Positions 10,854 through 22,134 of a stretch of 35,863 nt of DNA are shown here, piece by piece (within the stretch, counting starts at the first letter, position 1; the number at the start of each line of letters is the position of its first letter). Position numbers and translations under genes: made by a program. The notes beneath the pieces are model-generated. The model did no database searches and was not told where the DNA came from. It worked only from the letters and a program-made list of their open reading frames with translations. The DNA comes from Reclinomonas americana ATCC 50394 (taxonomy: Eukaryota). The stretch spans positions 59,830 through 95,692 of the forward strand of contig PS015370.1 in NCBI GenBank assembly GCA_048213135.1, in the 5' to 3' direction.

Positions 10854-11883
10854 AAACAGCAGCAGCAGGCGTCGTCTGGCAGCGGACTGCCCTTCTGGGC
10901 TCAGCGGCCGTGATCGGTCAAGGGGGTGGAGTTTCTTTCGAGGCGTGTGTGTGATTCGTCGTAGGTGGATGTGGTGGATGTGGTGAGAAAGTGAGCGAGA
11001 GGGAGACGAGTAAAGAGTGCACATGCGTGAGTGGGGAACGTGAGAGAGGCAGTGGCGGTCTCCTCATTGCCGCAGTTTTTCGTGTATGCCTTCGATCCCT
11101 TCCGACAGAACTCGGCAACACTCATCACGGAGGCATCGCCGTTTCGCGGCGATCTCATGAACAGTTGCGTTTGTGTGGAGGGGTAGAATAGCACGTCTTT
11201 ATCTCTGCTGACAGTTCTGCCTCAGGCGGGCAAGCTGCTCAGGTTTCCCCTTTCATCTCTCCGTCACTCCGCGCGACCAGATATATTGGTGGAGCGCTGC
11301 AATTTGGCTGCGTGAGATGCACGATGATGTGAGTGATCGCTGATTGTCATGGCGATGGCAGTCAATCGTGGTCACCCCCTTTGGCAGTTGGGATACGAAA
11401 GTTCGGAACAGGAGCCGAACAACACACTTGCCAGTGGTTTACCAAGTCGGCGAGTGAGGTGGCTGCGCGTTGGTACAATTTATCAACTGCCAGCGAGCGA
11501 AAAGATTCGATTCCTCAACGCACGGTGTCGGAGCGCTCGCACAACCTTCCACTGCGGCGCAACGTGCCTCACCCTCTCATTGCGTGTCACTGGTGAGTGA
11601 TGCAACCACACATATTGTCACAGCACTACTTATTATTGCGCATTGATTGCGGCAATGTGCGAAAACACAGTCATTATCATCACACTGCGCACACATACTG
11701 CATGATGACTGAAAAGACAGGCACCACGGCACTCGCTCGTCACTACACACACAGCAGCACTCCCAATCTAGCACATCATTTGTGCTTAGAGACATCAACA
11801 GGGGCAAGTGTTGGTTGTGTGGTGCACATGCATGTCTCCTCACACTCTCGATTTTTCCGCTTTTCATGGCTCATTTTTTGTGC

Positions 11884-11920
<37 letters not shown>

Positions 11921-11988
11921 CGTGCGTGTGTGTGTGTGTGTTTGCAATGCATACCAGCTCTCGTGCGTACCCGGTTTAGTAATCAACA

Positions 11989-14900
11989 ATGAGCTCCAAG
12001 GCAACCAAGTTGATGATGTCATGGACCAGCGTATTTGCCGCACTGGTGATGCTGGCGGCCATTGTCGTGGTGGTGACACCCGTCAGCGTCCGTTGCGTTG
12101 AAACGCGGACATGTACACATCTCATCTCCTAACAAACTGATTGTATGTTCACTTGTGAATAGGCGGACAAGCTGCGCCCACTTGCTCCGCCACTCCGCAC
12201 GAGTCGAAGCGCATTTGGTGGTCCGTCGCCTCCAATGCCGACGGCACCAAGCTGGCGGCCGTCGTCGAGTTCGGTCGCATCTACACCTCCACCGACTCGG
12301 GTGCGACATGGACGCCGCACGAGTCGGAGCGATACTGGGTCAGTGTGGCCTCCAGCAGCGACGGCACCAAGCTGGTGGCCTGCGTGTACTGCAACGGCAA
12401 CATCTACACCTCTACCGACTCGGGCGTGACGTGGACGCCGCGCGCCTCAATGCAAGCGTGGTCGGCGGTGGCCTCCAGCGCCGATGGCTCGAAGTTGGTG
12501 GCTGTGGCCGTGGGTGACTCGATATACACCTCCGCCGACTCGGGGGCGACATGGACGCCACGCGATTCTCATCGTCAGTGGGTCGCTGTGGCCTCCAGTG
12601 CCGACGGCGCCAAGTTGGTGGCGGCGGTGCGCGACGGTGCACTCTACACCTCTACCGATTCGGGTGCGACGTGGACGGCCCGCGACTCCAGTCGCCCTTG
12701 GGTCGGTGTGGCCTCCAGCGCGGACGGCACGAAGCTGGTGGCCGTCACTCACGGTGGCCAGATCTACACCTCCACCGATTCCGGTGCGACGTGGATGGCA
12801 CGCGAGTCGGCGCGGTTGTGGCGGTCAGTGGCCTCCAGCAGCGACGGGTCGAAGCTGGTGGCCGCGGTCGGCAACGACAAGATCTACACGTCGAGTGACT
12901 CGGGTGAGACGTGGACGGCAGTCGATTCGAATCGCAACTGGTTTGCGGTGGCCTCCAATGCCGACGGCAGCAAGGTGGTGGCGAGTGTGTACGACGGTCA
13001 GATCTTCACGCTGGACGTCAGCACGTGCTCCGGTGCAGTACAAGTGTGCTCCGGTCACGGCGCACTCAATTCGAGTGATGGCTCATGCAAGTGCGATGCT
13101 GACTATTATGGTGCCTCATGCAACGTGCACTGCGTGGCTGCCACCACGTGCTCTGGTCACGGAACGTGCAAGACTGACGGCACGTGTGTGTGCACGGGCG
13201 ATTACACCAATGCCAGCTGCAACTGCAGTCCCACTGCCACGTGCTCTGGCCACGGTACATGCAAGACTGACGGCACGTGTCTGTGCACGGGCGACTACAC
13301 CAATGCCAGTTGCAACTGCAGTCCATCGGCGACGTGCTCCGGTCACGGTACATGCAAGACTGACGGCACGTGTCTGTGCACGGGCGACTACACCAATGCC
13401 AGCTGCAATTGCAGTCCGACCACCACGTGCTCGAGCAATGGAACGTGCAAGACTGACGGAACATGCAACTGTTCAAGTCCGTGGAGTGGTGAGTGATACA
13501 GTTGTCACTTTTCGCAGTTGCTGTGGACTGGTAGCTGATCATTAGATTGGTATCGCGTGCAGGATCCTCGTGCTCGACCTGCTCTGCTGACACAGTTGTT
13601 GCTCTTGGATACATTGGCAAGTGGCAGGCTGTGGCCTCCAGCACTGACGGCACCAAGCTGGTGGCTGTGCTGAACCCTGGTTTCATTTATACCTCCACGG
13701 ACTCTGGCGCGACATGGACTGCTCGAGCCACAGATGCCAATCGCTCCTGGAAGGGAGTGGCCTCCAACAGTGACGGCACCAAGTTGGTGGCCGCAGCAAG
13801 CAACAACACAATCTACACCTCCACTGATGCTGGCGTGACGTGGACGGCTCAGGCCACTGATGCCAGTCGCAACTGGAGTGCAGTGGCCTCGAACAGCGAC
13901 GGTACCAAGCTGGCGGCAACAGAGAGCGGTGGTCAGGTGTACACTTCTGCGGACTCTGGCGTGACGTGGACACCTCGTGATTCGAACCGGTCGTGGACCT
14001 CAGTGGCCTCCAGCAGCGACGGGACCATGCTGGTGGCCGCGGCAAGCAACAACACAATCTACACCTCCACGGACTCTGGCGTGACGTGGACAGCTCAGAC
14101 CACTAATGCCAATCGCAACTGGACTGCAGTGGCCTCGAATAGCGACGGAACCAAGGTGGTGGCGACTGTGAACGGGGGTCAGGTGTTCACGTCTGCTGAC
14201 TCTGGCGTGACTTGGACACCGCATGATTCGAATCGCGCGTGGGTGTCGGTGGCCTCCAGCAGCGACGGCACCAAGCTGGTGGCGACGGTGAACGGTGGCC
14301 AGGTTTACACGTCCGCTGACTCGGGCACGACATGGACGGCTCGGGCCACTGATGCCAGTCGCTCGTGGAAGGCAGTGGCCTCCAGCAATGACGGCACCAA
14401 GCTGGTAGCCGTTGCGACAGGCGATCAGATTTATACCTCCACTGACTCTGGCGTGACGTGGACAGGAGTGACCCAACCTCTGCAGCTGACAAATTCGTGG
14501 CAGCGTGTGGCCTCCAGCAGCGACGGCACCCGGCTTGTCGCTGCGGCGAATGTTCTTCCGATTTACACCTCCGCTGACTCTGGTGCAACGTGGACACGTC
14601 GCGATTCCAGTGGTAGCCGCAGCTGGAGCGCACTGGCCTCGAGCAGTGACGGTACCAAGCTGGTGGCTGCGACGAGCAACAGTCGCATTTACACTTCCGC
14701 TGACTCGGGGGCGACGTGGACCCAGCGAGATTCGAATCGCTCCTGGACCGCAGTGGCCTCCAGCAGTGACGGCACCAAGTTGGTGGCAGCGGCGAGCAAT
14801 GACAAGATCTACACCTCTGCTGACAGTGGTGCGACGTGGACGGCTCAAGCAACTGACGCCAATCGCAACTGGATTGGAGTGGCCTCCAGCAGCGACGGCA

Positions 14901-15313
14901 CCAAGTTGGTGGCCGTTGTGAATGGCGGCCAGATCTACACCTCCACCGACTCTGGCGCAACGTGGACGGCTCGAGCGACTGATGCCAATCGCAACTGGAT
15001 CGGAGTGGCCTCCAGCAGCGACGGCACCAAGTTGGTGGCCGTGGTGAATGGCGGCCAGATCTACACCTCCACCGACGCTGGAGCAACGTGGACGGCCCGC
15101 GAGTCGAATCGTGCCTGGGTGTCGGTGGCCTCCAACAGTGACGGCACCAAGCTGGCGGCCGTGATGACCAGCGGCCAAATGTACGTCTCCACCGACTCGG
15201 GCGCAACGTGGACGGCTCGTGATTCCAGTCGCCAGTGGACATCAGTGGCGTCCACCAGTGACGGCACCAGGCTGGCGGCCACTGCGAGTCTGGTGTACGT
15301 GTTCCCGTGTTGA
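11989..15313 (+). CDS. Secreted protein of about 1059 aa: signal peptide, 7-blade Asp-box/BNR-like beta-propeller, 5 EGF-like repeats, then 14 further blades (two propellers); copy 1
   Basis: Exons 11989-12091, 12163-13488, 13563-15313 are frame-compatible. Hydrophobic N-terminus (SVFAALVMLAAIVVVVTPVSVRG). The 40-42-aa repeat W--VASSSDGTKLVA----GQIYTSTDSGATW contains the Asp-box S-D-G-TW. Cys repeats CSGHGTC--DGTC-C---Y----C. No C-terminal TM or GPI-like tail. Confidence 0.88.
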
Positions 15314-15522
15314 TCTGTGCCCTTTCCTCGTTCTTTTCTTGCACATTGCAGCTGTCTCTTTTCATGCGATTTTTTCACCACCTGCCGGCACACGCTGTGC
15401 TTTCCCTTTTGTCATCGAGCGTCAATCCGTGACTGCCATTAAAGCCTCGTTCTTGCAACGCCGGGAAACGTCAAGGACGCGTCCTTTCCCTCTTGTCCTC
15501 ATTCATTTGATCGTCCACGAGC

Positions 15523-15921
15523 ATGGGCTTCCTCCGCTCCTTCTTCGCCGCCATGCTCTCCCTCCTCGTGGCCGCACTGGTCACCTCCGCCGTCGAATCC
15601 ATCAACACCACCGTGCTGTTCCCGATGCCGGAGGAAGTCGCCCGCGTCATGGCCGAGCTGCGCACACAACACACCGATCTGGCCATGGACAAGCTGCGCG
15701 AGTGGATCGCCACATTGCCGGCACTGGCCCTGTGCATTGTGTTGGTGGGGCATGCAGCTGGTGCCAGTGCAGCCGGCCTCACTCTGCGGTGGGTGGCGCC
15801 CGGCAGCTCCGCCTACTTTGGACTGTTGCCGGTGCTGGTGTTGGTCATTGGAGGTTGGTGTGCATGCAGGAATCTTCTTGATCGTCTTTGGTGATCCGCG
15901 CTCATCTCCACGCAACAGCCG
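15523..15921 (+). CDS. Small multi-pass membrane protein, copy 1; 3' end probably in the gap after intron 15854-15918
   Basis: MGFLRSFFAAMLSLLVAALVTSAVESINTTVLFPMPE...WIATLPALALCIVLVGHAAGASAAG...FGLLPVLVLVIG has three hydrophobic segments; a GT...CTCAT...CAACAG intron precedes the gap. Confidence 0.72.
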
Positions 15922-15942
15922 NNNNNNNNNNNNNNNNNNNNC

Positions 15943-16030
15943 TTCTTCTTCTTCTTCTTCTTCTTCTTCTTCTTCTTCTTCTTCTTCTTCTTCTTCTTCT
16001 TCTTCTTCTTTTTCTTTTTCTTCTTCTTCC
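15943..16030. repeat. (CTT)n microsatellite
   Basis: Directly visible. Confidence 0.95.
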
Positions 16031-17115
16031 GTCTTCTTCGTCTTCTTCTTTCTGTTTTTCTTCTCCTCACTCTTCTCTTTTTGCCACGGTCGCGCGCAAG
16101 GCCGCCACCACCTCCGCCTCCTCGCGCAGACAAGGTGGATTGACTTCTTCTTTTTCTTCTTCGCCCCCGCTTTTCTTTTTTCGCCACTGTCCGTGGTGGA
16201 CAGTGCAACGTGAGAGAGGCAGTGGCGGTCTCCTCATTGCCGCTGTTTTTCGTGTATGCCTTCGATCCCTTCCGACAGAACTCGGCAACACTCGTCACGG
16301 TGGCGTCGCCGTTCCGCGACGACCGCATGAACAGTTGCGTATGTGTGGTGGGGCACTGTTATTCGCCGCCGATCTGACTGTTCAGCAGCAGGCGGATAAC
16401 ACGTCACTCCAACGACTCAGTTTGGTGAGTGGCGCAGCGGTCTCCATCGAGGATGATGGCGGCAGCGGAGCTCGGTGTCGTCGCTTTGTAGCTGTGCGAA
16501 GTGCGTACATCGAATGACAATGTGCGTTGATTGGTCGTGTGATCTCAATCATGATCACTCTCTGTGCCAAAGTTAACGTTCGGATACGAGCCGAACAACA
16601 CAGCGCTGCGCTGGTTTATCAAAGGCAACCAGTGAGGTACGGCTTCTTATAACTTGGCCCCCGAGAGGGAATACGCAGCAGATTCGCGAGCATTGTGCGG
16701 CCAGACTCGATATCTTCACCGCTGCCCACAGCCTGTGAGCGCTCACTTCGCTCTCCACTGCAGTGCAACAGGCCTCGTGGTATCTTTGCGTGTGACTGGT
16801 GAGGAATGCGACAACACACATCGCAGCACTGCACTGCAGTGTGCGCGAAATCACAGTCTTGATCACGCACATGCTGCTGTGCACGCACGCTTTGTGTCTG
16901 TGAGAGCAGACAGAGATCACCTACACTCAAAACAAACATATGCGCACATGATCGTGTCGCCACTTGTGCAGATGGGGATGTCAACATTATGTTGTGTGGA
17001 TGCCTCTCTCGTAACGGCCACCCTGATTTCGCGCGCTTTTCGTTTCTCACCCCACGCGTGTGTGTGTACATGATTGCAGCGCTTGTGTGCATCCGCACTG
17101 CGATTGCAGTGAACA

Positions 17116-20100
17116 ATGAGCTCCAAGACAACCAAGGTGTCGATGACGTGGACCGGTGTGTTTGCCGCGGTGGTGTTGCTGGTGGCCATGTCCGCGGTCA
17201 GCGTCCGTTGCGTCTCTTTGTACATGTGATACACAGAAGCGGTCACTTGTACATGACCTCCTCGGCACTGGCAAGCAGTCGTCTTACTCATGCGGGTCAT
17301 CCACGTGTGTGAACAGGCGGACAAGCCGCACCCACTTGCTCTGCCGCCGCTCACGAGTCGAAGCGCATTTGGTGGTCCGTCGCCTCCAATGCCGACGGCA
17401 CCAAGCTGGTGGCCGTGGTCGAGTTCGGTCGCATCTACACCTCCGCTGACTCGGGTGCGACGTGGACGCCGCACGAGTCAGATCGCTACTGGGTCAGTGT
17501 GGCCTCCAGCAGCGACGGCACCAAGCTGGTGGCCTGCGTTTACTGCAACGGCAACATTTACACCTCTACCGACTCGGGCGCGACGTGGACACCGCGCGCT
17601 TCGACGCAAGCGTGGTCGGCGGTGGCCTCGAGCGCCGATGGCACCAAGCTGGTGGCTGTGGCTGTCGGTGACTCGATCTACACCTCCACTGACTCTGGGG
17701 CGACGTGGACCGCACGCGAGTCTCATCGGCAGTGGGTTTATGTGGCCTCCAGCAGCGATGGTGCGAAGTTGGTGGCCGTGGTGAATGGTGGCCAGATCTA
17801 CACTTCCTCTGATTCTGGCGCGACGTGGACGGCCCGCGACTCCAATCGCCCGTGGTCGGCTGTGGCCTCCAGCGCGGATGGCGCCAAGCTGGTGGCCGTC
17901 ACCCACGGTGGCCAGATCTACACCTCCACTGATTCCGGTGCGACGTGGACGGCACGCGAGACGGCGCGGCTGTGGCGGTCGGTGGCCTCCAGCAGCGACG
18001 GATCGAAGCTGGTGGCCGTGGTCGGCAACGACAAGATCTACACGTCGAGCAACTCGGGCGTGTCGTGGACGCCGCGCGACTCGAATCGCAACTGGTTTGC
18101 CGTGGCCTCCAACGCCGACGGCACGAAAGTGGTGGCGAGTGTGTACGATGGTCAGCTCTACACGCTGGACGTCAGCACGTGTGCGCCGTGCTCGGGTCAC
18201 GGCACGCTGAACAACGACGGTTCGTGCTCGTGCTCGGGCGACTACACCAATGCCACTTGCAACTGCAGTCCCAGCCTCACCTGCTCCGGCCACGGAACGT
18301 GCAAGCCTGACGGTACGTGCCAGTGTGCCACTAACTACTACGGTGTTTCGTGCAACGTGAACTGTGTGGCGGCGGCGACGTGCTCGGGCAACGGAACGTG
18401 CAAGGCTGACGGTACGTGCCAGTGCACGGGCGACTACACCAATGCAAGCTGCAACTGCAGTCCCAGCATCACGTGCTCTGGCAACGGAACATGCAAGGCT
18501 GACGGTTCATGCAAATGCAACAACAACTATTACGGTGTTTCGTGCAACGTGAACTGTGTTTCGGGCACCACATGCTCTGGCAACGGAACATGCAAGGCAG
18601 ACGGTACATGCCAGTGTAATGCCAACTATTACGGTGCATCCTGCAATGTGAACTGCGCGGCGGCGACGACGTGCTCGGGTCACGGTGCGTGCAAGCCAGA
18701 CGGTACATGCCAGTGCACTGGCGACTACACGAATGCGAGCTGCAACTGCAGTCCCACTGCGACGTGCTCTGGCCACGGTACATGCAACACTGACGGCACG
18801 TGCCTGTGCACGGGCGACTACACCAATGCCAGCTGCAACTGCAGTCCCACCACCACGTGCTCGAGCAATGGAACGTGCAAGACTGACGGAACATGCAACT
18901 GCTCGAGTCCGTGGAGTGGTGAGTGATACATTTGTCACCTTTCGCAGTTGCTGTGGACAGGCAGCTGATCATAAGTTTGGTATCGCGTGCAGGATCCTCG
19001 TGTTCGACCTGCTCTGGTGACACAGTTGTTGCTCTTGGATACATTGGCAAGTGGCAGGCAGCGGCCTCCAGCACTGACGGCACCAAGCTGGTGGTCGTTT
19101 ATGCTGGTGGCTATGTCTACACTTCCACGGACTCTGGCGCGACATGGACGGCTCGTGCCACGGATGCCGTTCGCACATGGAAGGCAGTGGCCTCCAGCAG
19201 TGACGGCACCAAATTGGTAGCAGTTGTTGGTAGTTCTTCTGCCACTGGTCAGATCTACACCTCTGCAGACTCAGGTGTGACGTGGACAGCTCGAGCCACC
19301 GATGCCAATCGCAGATGGAGCGGTGTGGCCTCGAGCAGCGACGGTGTCAAGCTGGTGGCGACGGTGACCAATGGTCAGGTGTACACCTCCGACGACTCTG
19401 GCGTGACTTGGACAGCACGCGATTCGAACCGGTCGTGGACCTCAGTGGCCTCCAGCAGTGACGGCACGAAGCTGGTGGCTGCGCTCGAATTTGGCAAGAT
19501 CTATACCTCAACTGATTCCGGCGCTACGTGGACAGCTCGACTTACAGATACCGACCGCGCGTGGAGATTTGTGGCCTCCAGCAGTGACGGCACCAAGCTT
19601 GTGGCTGTGATGAATTCTGGTCCGATTTACACCTCCACTGACTCCGGCGTCAACTGGACGACCCGCGATTCCAGCCGATTCTGGAACGGAGTGACGTCGA
19701 GTAGCGACGGCACGAAGCTGGTCGCCACTGTGAACAGTGGTCAGATTTACACTTCTACAGATTCTGGCGCAAACTGGACAGCACGTGAGTCCTCTCGGCC
19801 GTGGACTGGAGTGACCTCTAGCAGCGACGGCACCAAGTTGACAGCTGTGGCAACTGGCGATCAGATTTATACCTCCACTGACTCTGGCGTGACGTGGACA
19901 GGAGTGACCCAACCTCTGCAGCTGGCGAATGCATGGCGATCTGTGGCCTCCAGCAGTGACGGTACCCGACTGGTGGCTGTGGCGAATGTTCTTCCGATTT
20001 ACACCTCCGCCGACTCGGGCGCCACATGGACACCTCACGAATCCAGCGGTCGCCGCAACTGGATTGCAGTAGCCTCGAGCAGTGACGGTACCAAGCTGGT

Positions 20101-20743
20101 GGCTGCGACGAGCAACAGTCGCATTTACACCTCAACTGACTCGGGGGCGACGTGGACCCAGCGAGATACGAGTCGCTCCTGGACCGCAGTGGCTTCCAGC
20201 AGTGACGGCTCCAACCTGGTGGCCACGGTGAACAATGGTCGAATTTACACCTCCACCGACTCCGGCGTCAACTGGACCCAGCGCGATTCGAATCGCGTCT
20301 GGACCGGAGTGGCCTCCAACAGCGACGGCACCAAGCTTGTGGCAGTTGTTGGTAGTACCGGTGGTCAGATTTATACGTCTACTGACTCGGGTGCGACGTG
20401 GACGGCTCGTGATTCGAATCGCGTCTGGGCCGGAGTGGCCTCCAGCAGTGACGGCACCAAGTTGGTGGCCGTGGTGAATGGCGGCCAGATCTACACCTCC
20501 ACCGACTCTGGCGCAACGTGGACGGCCCGCGAGTCGAATCGCGCCTGGGTGTCGGTGGCCTCCAACAGTGACGGCACCAAGCTGGCGGCCGTGATGACCA
20601 GCGGCCAAATGTACGTCTCCACCGACTCGGGCGCAACGTGGACGGCTCGTGATTCTGACCGCGGCTGGGTATCGGTGGCGTCCACCAGTGACGGCACCAG
20701 GTTGGTGGCTGCAGCAGATCAGGTGTACGTGTTCCCGTGTTGA
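17116..20743 (+). CDS. Secreted protein of about 1147 aa: signal peptide, 7-blade propeller, 8 EGF-like repeats, 14 blades; copy 2
   Basis: Exons 17116-17206, 17317-18918, 18993-20743; same intron positions and architecture as copy 1. Confidence 0.88.
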
Positions 20744-20964
20744 TCTGTGCTTTTCCCCTCGTTTTCTTTTGCAAGTTGCCTCTTCGAGTGTTGCTCCTCT
20801 TTTCTCGCGATTTTTTACCACCTTGCCCGGCACACGCTACGCTTAACCTTTTGTCATCGAGCGTCAATCAGTGACTGCCATTAAAGTCTCGTTCTTGCAA
20901 CGCCGGGAAACGTCAAGGACGCGTCCTTTCCCTCTTGTCCTCATTCATTTGATCGTCCATGAGC

Positions 20965-21360
20965 ATGGGCTTCCTCCGCTCCTTCTTCGCCGCCATGCTC
21001 TCCCTCCTCGTGGCCGCACTGGTCACCTCCGCCGTCGAATCCATCAACACCACCGTGCTGTTCCCGATGCCCGAGGAAGTCGCCCGCGTCATGACCGAGC
21101 TGCGCACACAACACACCGATCTGGCCATGGACAAGCTGCGCGAGTGGATCGCCGCACTGCCCGCACTGGCCCTGTGCATTGTGTTGGTGGGGCATGCAGC
21201 TGGTGCCAGTGCAGCCGGCCTCACTCTGCGGTGGGTGGCGCCCGGCAGCTCCGCCTACTTTGGACTGTTGCCGGTGCTGGTGTTGGTCATTGGAGGTTGG
21301 TGTGCATGCAGGAATCCTGATCGTCTTTGGTGATCCGCGCTCATCTCCACGCAACAGCGG
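20965..21360 (+). CDS. Small multi-pass membrane protein, copy 2; 3' end probably in the gap after intron 21296-21357
   Basis: Two amino-acid differences from copy 1 in exon 1 (MAEL/MTEL, IATL/IAAL); an alternative in-frame ATG lies at 20959. Confidence 0.72.
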
Positions 21361-21419
21361 NNNNNNNNNNNNNNNNNNNNGCTCTTCTCCATGTTCTTGT
21401 GCTGCCGCACTCTTCTCTT

Positions 21420-22000
21420 TGTCCACGGTCGCGCGCAAGCAAGGCCGCCACCACCGACGGTCTCGTGCAAGCCCACCACCACCGCCACCACCTCCACGCA
21501 GACAAGTCAGATTGACTTCCCTTGCTTCCCTCGTCTTCTGCATCCGCTCAACATGCATTCCTGCAGACGTGAGAGGTACTCTCTGCTTTCTTGGCCACTA
21601 TCCCTGGTGGATTGACTTTCCGCTCTTTGGCGTGATGCGATCACACGCAAGGCCGCCACCACCTCCGCCTCCTCGCGCAGACAAGATAGATTGACTTTCC
21701 TCTCTGTTTCGTGCTTCCGTCGTCTTCTGTCTGCATCCACAGCCACTTATACCTCATCCTCTCTCGCTTCGTTTGCACCTCTCCTCTCTCATGACCATCC
21801 TTGACATTGCACTGTGTCCACTCTGCGTGTTTGGCGTGATGGGATCGCGCTGCACGGCCACCTTCGCCTCGCGCAGACATGATAGATTGACTTCCACTTT
21901 CTTCGTCTTCTGCATCCACAACCACCTATTAGCTCATCCTTCTTCTTCTTCCGCGCAGCTGCAGTGCCACCCTCCTTTTGCAGACAAGTGACTTTGACTC
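21420..22000. repeat. Degenerate ~180-200-bp repeats with core GCAGACAAGNNAGATTGACTT
   Basis: Core at about 21498, 21677, 21872 and 21980, a partial copy at about 21606, and one copy at about 16126 in duplication unit 1. Confidence 0.7.
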
Positions 22001-22134
22001 TTCTCTTTTCCACTTTGTTCTCCTTCGTCCTCCTCCATCTCATTCTCCTCTCGCAATGTATTATTTAAACATTCTCCTCTTCCTTCTCCTTTCTTTCTCC
22101 TTTCTTTCTCCCTTTCCCCCCTTCCCCCCTCTCA

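Larger units (their letters stand above)
11037..21611 (+). repeat. Tandem segmental duplication, two units (about 11037-16206 and 16207-21611)
   Basis: Both units begin AACGTGAGAGAGGCAGTGGCGGTCTCC (11037 and 16207), have collinear upstream DNA and the same two genes, and end in similar CCACTRTCCSTGGTGGA sequence. Confidence 0.92.

Noticed and set aside
12200-20743. Regularly spaced GTGGCCTCCAGCAGCGACGGCACCAAGCTGGTGGC repeats resembling a CRISPR array
   Set aside because: The period is 120-126 nt and in frame, the 'spacers' are homologous to each other, and they encode protein blades; no cas genes, eukaryotic context.
13563-20743. Diversity-generating retroelement as the source of propeller variation
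   Set aside because: No reverse transcriptase in the window, no non-coding template repeat, and the differences include indels and are not adenine-specific.
14000-20867. Long antisense ORFs over the propeller genes
   Set aside because: Shadows of GC-rich repetitive coding sequence with no independent protein features.
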